64,000 nucleotides of DNA, taken from assembly GCA_040954595.2 (NCBI GenBank), contig CM082578.2, positions 3,454,831 through 3,518,830 on the forward strand, read 5' to 3'. Shown here piece by piece: positions 25,701-37,368 of the stretch (position 1 is the stretch's first letter; the number at the start of each line of letters is the position of its first letter). The notes beneath the pieces were generated by a model. The model was given only the letters and a program-made list of their open reading frames with translations, did not search any database and was not told the DNA's origin. Made by a program: the position numbers and the translations under genes. The stretch is from Balanoglossus misakiensis (taxonomy: Eukaryota > Animalia > Hemichordata).

Positions 25701-25830
25701 CCCTGACCATTAACGTTTGTTTATTGGCGAGGGCTTGAGGAAAGCCAAAATTCATGGGCTCGGAAGCCTCGCCCATGATTTTTTGGCTTTCGCCTCGCCC
25801 TTGCCCATAAACAAACGTTAATGGTCAGGG
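25701..25830. repeat. ~130-bp imperfect hairpin, probable mobile-element end or mini-MITE
   Basis: CCCTGACCATTAACGTTTGTTTAT...ATAAACAAACGTTAATGGTCAGGG. Confidence 0.8.
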
Positions 25831-26006
25831 CGTCTTCCATTATAATAGTCAGATTCGCTGGATCTCTCAAACTGAGATGGTGAATTACCGTACAGTAGCC
25901 CGCCAGGTGTGTACGACACTGAGATCTTCAGATGGTGTATCTTCATGCTGCCTACATTCGTCCTGTCCACAACAAATGTTGTCACAGTTGTAATTATGTT
26001 TTATTT

Positions 26007-26130
26007 CTTTTCCTTGGTTCCCATCAAACCAGTTACTTCTTCCTTGTCTGGCGGCGTTTGTCTGCAGGATGCCATCTCTCACTTTGGTGAAGTGATCTCT
26101 TACTGCAATTTCTATCTTTCCTACTTTTAG
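26007..26130 (+). pseudogene. Orphan partial exon 4 of the Cys-rich family
   Basis: FSLVPIKPVTSSLSGGVCLQDAISHFGEVISYCNFYLSYF* followed by the family 3-prime UTR; no acceptor or upstream exons. Confidence 0.8.
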
Positions 26131-26987
26131 TCAGTTTTCTCGATGGCATGGATTTTTCAGTTAAGTTCATGGAATAATCAAACTGTACTGAGTTTCATGG
26201 GAAAATTATTCCAATAAAAGAAGAAAGGAAGCCTAGTTGTCTCGTGTCAACAAGTGTATACTCTAATTCACCACGTGTTATTTTCGAACCGGAGAACTAT
26301 TAGAACAACACATTTTCCTAAATAAGACACGCTCATATATTTTTGGACACACTCCCTTAATTCTGTCTGTGTCATGCATGGCAAAGGAAAACGAATGGCA
26401 GTATTTCTTATGTACATGTCATGTGGCTACCTGCCCACCACTACAGGTTATATGCCAGAAACATGAGAGAATGACGCATTTTCCTTGTTTTGTTACGTTT
26501 TTTACCATATCTGAGTCAGCTAAGAGAAAATTAGCATAGACCAAAATAGACGAGCGACAAGAACTCCAGTAAAACTCATGTAAAAATATCCCAACTGGAC
26601 ATTCGTAAACAATACATTTCATATTGTAAGCCAGCCAGCTTTGGACGGATCTGTGTGTAAGAAAGGGCCAGAGAGATTGTAGCATTTTCCTCACTACACG
26701 TAATTGTTCAGACGACTTCGGAGTCCAGGAGCAGGGCCCTAAATTTACATATCCAGCCGCCTGAGCTTTCGGTTTCCATGTTCACAGTACAGTCACTGAC
26801 ACAAGACCGCGAATGTTTTCTATTTGCACATATTCCAATATGGCGCTACCGCATTTATTATTTTACAGACAGGAATCTACATATTCTTAAGACAAATCGG
26901 TGCTTAAGGACAGAGTTTGAATATACACATGTATATAAAGTGGCGAGTCAAGAAGTTTCAACATAGCTGAGGTGAACCTTGCTGTCG

Positions 26988-28212
26988 ATGTTTGCATTCC
27001 GTATGTAACATGCACACAATGGTAAGTTGAATATAGTATTTGCACTTATGCAAAAATTAATTTAAAGTTCGGGCATGCTGGGATGGAACAGACCATCCTG
27101 TTTGATGTCCTGATTTATGTCGTCTTGCTACAAGATTCATGATTTTGTGAAAAATGCACTCGTTTTAATAAGGTTAAGACGGCATATACTCATTGTCAGT
27201 ACATCTGTTTTATTTTTTCCATCTCAGACATTTCACCGAATTGCCGCCTCAACAATAGTTGTTTTGATATCGGTCCATGCGAGTTGATCTATGGTTTATG
27301 CAGAGAATGGCAAGATAACTCGAGATTGTCACATTATTCACTTCTTACAATATCAGACAAGCGCCTTTCCGATGATATTGATCTGGTGCGTAAAGTATTA
27401 TAAATTCATTCTTTCATATTTTTACGCATTGCATTTCTTTTCTCGGCCTTAGGCCTAACTGACAAAAGCTATCTGCAGATGTGTAAATCACCTGTTAGGT
27501 GATTAGCGGATAATCTTGACTTAATCCGTGACTTTGGTCTTTGCTTCTGTGTGACTTATGTAGAAGCGAGTTTATCGTAAGAACCCCACAAACGCATATC
27601 TTAACACCACAAAAAATATGTCTTGTATTAAAAATAAACCAATCTGTCAGAATTATCAAGTAATCTTTTTATACAAACCAGGTACTTGACTGTCTAACGT
27701 ATTCCCATTCTATTAATTACAGGGCCCTGATGACGGAAGCAAGTTGATTTCCAGATGTGGGAAATGCGATGTGATACTGTATGCCAACGGAATTACCGCT
27801 TATCATTGCAAGGTTTGTGTGCATGCTGTGAACCATTGTTATAATCCACTTTGTCTTTGAAATCAATATAATAAAAAAATGGACGATATCAATTACATTT
27901 GTCTACTAGTTCCTGCACCTGGAAGCATGGGCTGATAATTGAGGATTTCTATTTTATAACTAATGTGGATCGCCTATAGTGTAGAATCACAAACAATTCA
28001 TCTGTTCTTGAGATTAAACCTGATTTAACCTTTTCCTTATTAATGATATTATATTCCTTTTTCAGGAATCGGAATGTGACGAGGCATTCTCGAGTCCCTT
28101 TTCCTGGGTTCCGGTCAAACCAGTTTTTTTTTCCATCCCCGACGGCGCTTGTCTGTATTCCATCCCTCACTTTGGTGAGGGGTTCTTTTACTGTGATTTC
28201 TATGCTCCCTGA
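26988..28212 (+). pseudogene. Cys-rich family copy 4 (pseudogene)
   Basis: Exons ~26988-27021, 27228-27385, 27723-27812, 28066-28212; premature TGA at 27285 and a large deletion in exon 2. Confidence 0.85.
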
Positions 28213-28996
28213 TTTATGATATAGATTTGTCTTTAAAGTTCAACGGAATAGTCAAACTGTAATGCATTTCATCGAAATATGTCAGGAATTTACGCCAATA
28301 AAAGAATACAGTAGCTGTCTGATGTAAACGAGTGTGTACTTTTTCATCACGTGGTTATTTGAACCGGAGCTATCAGAATAAAACCCTTTGCTAAATTTAT
28401 GAAGCGACTAGATCACCTGGAAAACATTGTCACTGTTATAATTGCATTTTCCTTAATGGAGAAACGTCAGAGCATTGAGAGATGCATAGTTATCTTTCTA
28501 TTAAAATGAAACAATTTGAAATTTCTGAACGTGAGGAACTGTCTATGCTACAGCATATTCAAGTGTTGTATCTTCATTTCAATGCATTTTACAAAGGTAA
28601 AAAGGTGTAACAAAAATAGCCAGCCATCTTATTTCAGTATGCATACCAGCAATTTGTGAACATTATTTTGTATATACCATTCCTTTATCGGAATGCAAAA
28701 CATTCATGATGTACATACTAATGTTGGGAATGGCAATATACAGTTATAGGGATGAGTAATTTAATGCACACTTTTAGAAAGTTCACGGAAAATAACAGTC
28801 ACTGATACAACGCAAAAAATGTTTGTGCTTGAGCATATTCCAATATGGGGCCACATGTTTAATGTTTTGCAGACAGGAAAATAAATATAAATAAATTTAC
28901 TTCAAAAATAGTTCGGTCCTCATAAATTCAATCTGCATTTATCATAAAGTAACGGATCAAGAAGTTTCAACATAGTTGAGGTGAAACTTGCTGTCG

Positions 28997-30525
28997 ATGT
29001 TTGAATTCGTAAGTAATATGCGCACAAAGGTAAGTTTGTTAGAAATTGCACTTATAATGTGTACATAAAATGTTACATAGTCTTCAATCAGGCTTTGCCA
29101 GAACAGGCCATCATGTTTGATATTCTGATAATCGTCGTCTTGCTACACGATTCATGATTTTGTGAAAAATGCACTCATTTTAATAAGGTTAAGACGGCAT
29201 ATACTCATTATGCCAGTACATCTATTTTTCTATCTCAGACATTTCAACGATTTGCCGTTACAACAATAGTTGTGTTGATATCGTTTCATGCCAGTGGATC
29301 CATGGTGAATGCAGAGAATGGATTTCATGCGAGTGGGGCCGTGGTGAATGAAGAGAATGGGGAGAACATTCGAGATTTTCACGGTGAAAAATGCAATGTT
29401 GATGTGAACGCAGATGACGAATTGAGTTACCTGGACTGTGAATTAACAGAGGAGAGCCCTGCAGACCTGTTCGCCAAAGTCAATGACGTCAGGGCTGGTC
29501 TTGTCCAGGAAAGAACTCGAAGTTCAACTTCGTACGCTTAAGAGCGATACTCATTATTCATCAGTTGTCGGAATATTAGACAAGTACCTTTCCGATGATA
29601 TCGATCGGGTGAGTAAAATCTTAGTAGACTCAGTCATTCTTTCATGCTGATTACGAATCAAACTTCTTTGTAGGCCCTAGTAATACTGTGTGATTAGCGG
29701 ATAATCTGGTCTAAATCCACGCAGGCCTTTGCTTGTCGCTGTTTCTGTATGATTCATGTAGAAGCGAGATCGATCATAACAATCACCAAGGTTCATATCT
29801 CAAAACTGCAACATAATATTTCTATTAATGGTAACTTATCTGTCAGAATTATTAAGTCAGTTACGTTTATATACGCTCAATTTTGATAACGATCAGGTAC
29901 TTGAATGTCTAACGTACTTTCCATTCTATTAATTACAGGGCCCTGGTGACGGAAGCAAGTTGATTTCCAGATGTGGGAAATGCAATATGATACTGTATGC
30001 CAACATAATTACCGCTTATCATTGCAAGGTATGTATATTGTGAACCATTATTATAATACGTCCTGAAAAATGCATGTTGCCTGAAAACAATGAACGGATA
30101 GAAATTCTAGCTTCATAAATGTGTCGCAGTATAAATTTGTGAAATATGCGACGTCACAATGCTCGTTGGGATACCCTCTCCAGACAATTTGTATAAGGAA
30201 AAGGCCGGTGGAATAACTCCCGTAAATCAAAGATGTATAGTCCTGGAAAAATGGGCGATAATGGAAAGCTACTATTATAAAACTGTTGTGCATACTGATG
30301 AATTCGTGTGTTCTTAAGATCTAAGCTGATCTAACCTTTTTCTAACGTCATTACATACATTTATATGTCACATTTCAGGCATCGGAATGTGGCGACGCAT
30401 TCTCGGGTCTCTTTTCCTGGGTTCCGATCAAACCAGTTAATGCCTCCTTCTCTGGTGGCACTTGTCTGTATACCATCCCTCGCTTTGGTGAGGAGTTCTT
30501 TTACTGCGATTTTTATGTTGCCTGA
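28997..30525 (+). pseudogene. Cys-rich family copy 5 (frameshifted)
   Basis: Exons 28997-29029, 29239-29608, 29939-30028, 30379-30525; ~8-bp deletion gives TAA at 29539; last ATG of exon 1 changed to AAG. Confidence 0.82.
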
Positions 30526-30700
30526 TTGATGAAATAGGTTTGTCTTTAAAGTTCATGGAATAATCAAACTGTGCTGAGTTTCATAGGAATGTATAATCTA
30601 GAACATTGTGTCAATAAAGGAAGACAAGTTCATGTCTCTTGTCAACACTTACGTCTTGTTTTCAGCAATAAAGCTGATTTAAAAGTTTGTTAAATATTAA

Positions 30701-31031
30701 AGGGACAAAGTCTCTCTCTCGTTTCCTTTTTTCATTAATTATGTTTGACACAAGACACCGTTTATGTTATTCTCCATGTGGACATATAGTGAATTAACGT
30801 TCGACCACACACAACTTCCAGCCCACTTGTAGGATATGAGAGTAAATATCTCGCCAAAATGAATAAATGGTAAACACCGATTATTTTTACTGTCGTATTT
30901 ACAAGTGGGATGGAAGTTGTGTGTGGTTGAATGTTTATTCACTATATATACACATGTACATTAACATAAACAGTATATTGTATTAAACATAATTCATGGC
31001 AAAAGGGCAGCGAGAGAGAGACTTTGTCCCT
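30701..31031. mobile_element. Fold-back TTAA-flanked MITE, same family as 22707-23048
   Basis: TTAA|AGGGACAAAGTCTCTC...GAGAGACTTTGTCCCT|TTAA. Confidence 0.9.
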
Positions 31032-31237
31032 TTAAATCTTGCCCGGTATAGGTCAACAAGACTTCTTCTGGACTTTTGTAAGTACTTTGTCATACGTCTC
31101 ACGGAACTGCCTCAATCATGGGCATCTCGTTGGAGGCTTATGGAGCAAGAATTGGTGGCTTTACTGGTGCTCAGAAAACAACATGGAGTCCTTTTGTCTT
31201 ACTTCTGCATACTAATTACGCAGGACCGGCCACGTCT

Positions 31238-31297
31238 CTCCGGCTCATTCTCATGCTATTGTTCATGAGTGGCAACGTAGAACTAAACCCCGGACCT
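31238..31297 (+). other. 2A/StopGo-like ribosome-skipping motif in LINE ORF1
   Basis: LRLILMLLFMSGNVELNPGP versus consensus GD(V/I)ExNPGP. Confidence 0.75.
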
Positions 31298-32260
31298 GAT
31301 ACTCGGTCACAAATTACAAGAAGTGACGTAGATACAATTATAAGTTCATTATCGGAACTAAAAAACGACTCCAAAGAACTGTAACGCCGTTTCGCTGCCT
31401 TAGAAACTCGCATGGATAATATTGAAGACACGCTACATGCCATACGTGAGACCACAATTGCAAATGCGCAGCGAATTGATGCTGTTGAACACTCACTGGA
31501 TGGAATTAAGGAATGTACGGACGAGTTTAAAGAACTAAAGAAGGAAGTAAAAACACTACGAAAGCAAGGAGATTACAGAGACAATCGAAGCCGGAGATGT
31601 AATCTTGTATTCCGAGGCATTGCTCAAGAAGACACCCGCGAAGATTGGGAGACCTCCGAGAATATTGTGAAAGATCTGATCAAAGACAAACTAGGCATAG
31701 CCAATGACATAATATTCGAACGAGTGCATAGAATTGCAGGTACCTCAGTCCGTGCCTACAAACTGAAAGGAACGTCGATCAGTATAGACGAAGACTTCTC
31801 ACCAAGAATGAGGACAATCCGGAACAAGTTGTTGGTCAAGAGGCGAGAAATTCTCACTCTGGACGGGACGGCGAAAGCAAGATTGAGCTATGACAAACTT
31901 ATTGTCACCACCGAACATGGTAAGAAAGTATACACCTACGACGAAGACAGTCGAGCGTGTAGAGACATTTCTGAAGAAAGCCACCGAGCATAGGAATTTG
32001 GCTGGGCCCACCATCACAAAAAATCGCTAGCTATTCTCTCATGGAATGTTCAAGGCTTACGCAAACACTTGAAGAATACAGAATTCATAGAACTTTTAAA
32101 TAAATACCCTGTAATATGTCTAAATGAAACCTGGGCAAAATTTGAAAGTGAATTTGATAATGCAGTTGTTGAGTATAAATGTTTTTCTACATTTAATGCT
32201 AAACATAGTCGTTTTGGGAGACACTCCGGTGGCGTATCAATTTTCATTATTGATCACTTA

Positions 32261-32822
32261 GGCTGCATTCACAAACACCTCTGGAGGGGGGGGGGGGAGA
32301 ATTCAATTTTTTTTACCGTTAATTTTCACATGCCCCCCTACACAACCCGAAATATTTTCAAATCCCCCTTCCGAACTGCCAAAATTTTGAAATCCCCCCC
32401 CCCATTTTCTTTCACAGAGCAAAACACATCACCTATCTATCTTGTAAAATAGAAAAACAGCGCTCCCATGAAAAGAATTTAAAATTGATGTTTCCCCTCA
32501 TCAGTGGGTATTATAACTGAACATTGTTTTTATTTTTTAAGTGTTTGTATTCTGTGTTGGGAGACATTGTAAACCGAGAATTGAAGGGGGTGGGTTTGGG
32601 AGGTGGTGTCCCCCTCCCACATTAGAAAATTTTGTAAAATAAAGGGCGTGAAACTGCATTTTTGTGGACTCAAAATAAATTTTTAGTCGTCAAAGTTTTC
32701 AAGTCCCCCCCTTTCAGTCCCTAAATTATTTCAAATCCCCCCTTACATACCCTCGATTTCTTCAAATCCCCCCCTCAATTCTCCTGCCCCCCCCCCCTCC
32801 AGAGGTGTTTGTGAATGCAGCC
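32261..32822. mobile_element. PIF/Harbinger-like MITE in the LINE endonuclease
   Basis: TTA|GGCTGCATTCACAAACACCTCTGGAGGG...CCCTCCAGAGGTGTTTGTGAATGCAGCC|TTA; removal restores GGVSIFIIDHLAPYVKR. Confidence 0.93.
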
Positions 32823-32997
32823 TTAGCTCCATACGTTAAAAGAGTGCTTAAGCACTCTAAAAATGCTGTTTTGGTTATCTTTGATAAAACTGTTTTTGGT
32901 CTGGATAGAGATGTTTTGTTGTGTGCAGTATACGTGCCTCCAGAAAGCTCACCAATATATTTACATGATTCGCTGGATGGCATTGAAAACATTGAGC

Positions 32998-33562
32998 TAG
33001 ACTGTCGACAGTCCCTCGCGCCTAATGTGTATCGATTCGGCGTTTCGTGCGAGGGCCGTAAGGCCCGTATCTTTTGAGGGCCGAAGGCCCGATTCGGCGT
33101 TTCGTGGTGCGATGGCCGTAAGGCCTCGGGCGTGGGCGTGGCCCAAGGGACTGTTATACCTTGTTTCGCCCTCACACGGGCACTGTGGGAAAATGCCCCA
33201 GTAAAATGATTGACAGTTAATATACGTCATAAACTCATAAACGGCAAAGATGTTTTTGTTGCGTCGCCAACGGGCAGTGGGAAGTCTTTGGCGTATGAAA
33301 TCGCACCTTTTCTCTTGGACAGAATCGGCGAATTTACCGAGGAACCGTCATCGATAGTTTTGGTTGTTTCGCTGCTGATTTACGCCCCCATATGCAAATT
33401 TTACTACGTCATTTTCTGCATGCATAATTAATATCAAGGCAAGGCTTACAAGCTATAACAGTCCCTCGGGCCTCGCACCACGAAACGCCGAATCGGGCCT
33501 TCGGCCCTCGCACGAAACACCGAATCGATACACATGAGGCGCGAGGGACTGTCGACAGTCTA
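32998..33562. mobile_element. AcademH-like internally deleted DNA transposon carrying a RecQ-type helicase fragment
   Basis: TIR TAGACTGTCGACAGTCCCTCGCGCCT; 9-bp TSD ACATTGAGC; interior GKDVFVASPTGSGKSLAYE...IVLVVSLL (SF2 motifs I/Ia). Confidence 0.85.
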
Positions 33563-36500
33563 ACATTGAGCCTATCATTGCCGAAGCATATGCCAAGTTC
33601 AATAATTTTTATTTAATAGTAGCTGGCGATTTTAACGCCCGCACTGGTGATTTACATGATTATATAGTACAAGACAATGACGTGTATTTACAACTGGGCT
33701 ATGAACCTGACATCTTTGATTTACCACGTAGTTCGAAGGATAAACGTGTCAATTTATTTGGAAGGCAGCTGTTAGAACTATGTAAACAAGTTGATTTGCA
33801 TATTGTGAATGGACGCTTCCCTGGTGACCTGTATTTCAAACAATGGGGCTAGCGTTATAGATTATGTAATCTTGTCTTCAGAAATGTTTTCACTTGTTGA
33901 AGACTTTTCAAGTGTACCCATTGATATATCTGACCATTTTCCTATCTGTTGTAAATTTACTGACATTCAGTACACTGTACCAGAAAAAATTGATTTTGTG
34001 TGCAATACTCAACCTAGGCAACGCTTCAAATGGAATCCTACGTACTTAGACGTGTTCCAGCTGAAAATGGAAGATCGCCATGTTTGTCAACTTCTAACAA
34101 GTGTGTGCGACCATATTGCAAATGACAGTTCTGATCTAGCTATTCAGACCATAAGTGACATCTTCGATTATGCGGCCTCAGAAATGAAAGTCAAGAACAA
34201 ATCTGGCACTCGTCATCGTGCACAATAAGTTTGGTGGGATGCAGACTGTGGACGCGCCAAAAATGAAAAGTATAGACTCCTTAATATATTCAGACTTACG
34301 AATAGTAATAATGATTTGTGTTTATATCATATCGCAAAGAACAAATTTAAAGCCATTTGCAAGCAGAAGAAATTGTTGTTTCAGCAGAAACAAAAACGTG
34401 AACTGTTGGGGGCGAGGAACGACCCAATCAAGTTTTGGGGGTATTTACGCAATCTGAGACGTACTGTTTCGTCCAATGTTGTTATTTCAACAGATCAGTG
34501 GCATGATCAGCATTGTATAGACTGTCTTGAAAATGTTCCCCATGACCTTAATGCAGTTATTTCTGTGTGGGAAATTGAGAAAGCTATCAGCTGCATGCCA
34601 AATGGAAAATCACCTGGTCATGACGGTCCTGTCAGTGAATTACTTAAGTATAGCTGGCCACGTTTAAGCAGTGTTTTACATCTTTTATTCAACAACATTT
34701 TCTCTAATGGTAGCTTCCCAATCAGTTGGAGTAAAGCCATTATTGCACCACTTCACAAAAAGGGAAGTTTAAGTGATGTAAATAATTATAGAGGCATTTC
34801 CCTGCTTTCTGTACTTAGTAAAATTTTTACCAAAACTTTGAACTTTCGTTTGCAAAAATGGCGCCAACAAAATAAAATTATTTCAGAAGCCCAGGCCGGC
34901 TTTCGGCATGGCTATAGTACCATCGATAATATTTTCACCCTCCAAGCTATTGTAGCAAAACATTTGACTGTGCGAAAAGGAAGATTTTATTGTATTTTCA
35001 TAGACTTTTCAAAGGCCTTTGATTCTGTCCAGCATGACTTACTGTGGGTAAATTGATTAGATATGGCATTCATGGAAATTTTCTTTCTGTTCTAAGATCA
35101 ATGTATACAATGTAGTAACTTACAATATTGTGTAAATACTTCAGTCGGTTTAACCGATTATTTTGAGTGTACCATTGGAACACGTCAAGGATGTATGCTA
35201 AGCCCTACATTGTTCACCTTATTCATTAATGATCGTGTTGAGTATTCAAATAAGTTTGGTTGCGAGGGTGTGTATATAGATGAGGAAGCCAAAAACCTCA
35301 ATATTCTGATGTACGCAGACGATATTGCTGAAGGTTCGGATGTTGCCATTCGCACCCAGAGACAAATTGATCAGCTTAAGCGTTTTTGTTCTCATTGGGG
35401 GTTAAGTGTTAACTTAAATAAGACTCAAATTATAGTGTTCCGTAGAGGAGGTCCCCTTAAAAATAACGAAAAATGGTTCCTGGGTAACAGACAAATTGAA
35501 GTTGTTCCATATTACAAATATTTAGGTTTGGTTTTCTCGTCCAGACTTAGTTGGAGCCCAACTAAGAGAAATCAAGCCTCACAAGGAAGAAAAGCTATGT
35601 TTCAATTGAAAACTGTATTGAGAAGGCTGGGTGGACTGTCATTGTCCGATTCTTTTAAACTTTTTGACACTTATGTCACTCCAATTCTCTTGTATGGCAG
35701 CGAAATTTGGGGCTGGGAGCACTTTCTTTAGGTCGAACAAGTTCATTATCAGTTTTGTAAATTTCTTTTAAATGTAAGCAGAAAAACAAATGATTTAGCT
35801 GCAATTGGTGAATGTGGTAGATTTCCACTAAGTGTAATGTATTTCAAAAGATGAGTGAAGTATTGCAGATGGACTCTAGCAGATATCCTTATAAATGCTA
35901 TGTAATGTTGTGTAGATTATCCGAAGAACGTGGTATAACATCAATTAACTGGGCCTTTAATATCAAAACCACCTTACTTTGTCAATTTGGATTTGGCCAT
36001 GTATGGTTAAACCAGGGTGTCGGTTCCACAAGTTTGTTTTTATCTGTCTTTACACAGAGACTTGAAGATTGCGCCAGGCAGAACTGGTATGAAGGGATAC
36101 ATTCATCTCCAAAGTTACGCACGTATCACACATTCAAATCAATGCTCGAACCAGAAACATATCTCAGTAGTATCGATATTCTTAAATTCAGAAATGCTTT
36201 ATCCAGATTCCGCTGCTCTTCACATGCCCTGGAAATCGAGAAAGGTCGCCACGAAAATATTCCCCTAGATGAAAGGCTCTGTAAATTTTGTTTGAAGAAC
36301 AACAATCATTGTATTGAAGATGAATTTCATTTTATTTCCATTTGTCCAATGTATATTAACCTTCGAAAGGAAATGCTGCCAAACTGGCTTTATGTAAATC
36401 CTTCATTTGATAAGTTTACATATCTGTTGAGAACCAAAAATGTGACATATTTAAATAATTTAGCATATTTTATTTATTGTGCAATGAAAACACGAGAGGA

Positions 36501-37368
36501 GTTCCTCTCTCTCGGTTGATTTCACATGTAAATTACTTGCTCTATGGGCCTGTGGCCTTATTGTATGTTAATAAATCATATTATTATAATACTGTTTTGA
36601 TAAGGCGACTATGTCTTAAGTACTTCAGAAAAAAACTGAACACTTGAAATGGTGTGCATATTTACCAATAGCCACCAGTGTTTTACTCTTGTACCGCAGA
36701 ATCAGTGAGCTTTTTGGCGTGTTTAAATGTTTCCTCAAAACTACAATTCAAGAAAACATATTCACAGGCAATGTCGTGTATTTTTGGAGGAAAACAACTA
36801 TATCGAGTCGTACGTGTAAAAGCGACTGTGTAAATTTAGCTAAACTATCTTTTTTATAGCACTATAGTCGTGTACCAATAGAAACGTTTCAGATGAACAG
36901 TCGTCGCATCGGCAGTGGAAACTTTTACTTTTACAGGAGATAACGATGAAGTTTATGCAAATTGTTTCTGCGCTTTCACCTTGTACGCGTGCGCAAATTA
37001 AAAGACGCTGGTGTAGCTGTGGTTGATCATGGCCGCCCACCTGGCATGGCACACCTTCGTTTGCCAATAAAGCGTGTTTATTCTATTATAGTAGGGCACG
37101 TAGGGACCCTCCCTCACAACGGGTCGGACGCTGCCACGATAGACTGAAATATCCAGTTATACGCGGGCACGATTGAATATCTTAAATACAAAATATCTTG
37201 AATATAAATATTAAATATCTTTATATCCTGGCAACTAAGAATAAAATGTAAATATATATATATAAATATGTAAAGTGAAGATAGAGTCGTACACGTTTCA
37301 ACATACCTTAACAATTCGACATAGGTGAATCGTGCGGTCGAAGTTTGCATCTTTCTCTGATATATAAC

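Larger units (their letters stand above)
31036..36590 (+). mobile_element. Decayed APE-type non-LTR retrotransposon (RTEX/L2/CR1-group-like; clade not resolved)
   Basis: ORF1 31118-31993 (one in-frame TAA; coiled coil plus RSRRCNLVFRGI...IFERVHRI); ORF2 fragments: ILSWNVQGL, CLNETW, GDFNARTG, IDY, SDHFP (endonuclease), KSPGHDG, NYRGISLL, FIDFSKAFD, RQGCMLSP, YADD (RT), C-terminal CKFC...EDEFHF...CP; AATAAA and ATT-rich tail; 5-prime boundary approximate, no TSD found. Confidence 0.93.

Noticed and set aside
27285-27287. In-frame TGA as selenocysteine or readthrough (also 51163 and 55962)
   Set aside because: Each sits with other disabling lesions; at 27285 the paralogs have Gly and at 51163 the motif expects Arg; no SECIS identified
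33210-33431. Host RecQ helicase gene
   Set aside because: Short fragment enclosed by TIRs and a 9-bp TSD; no further helicase motifs
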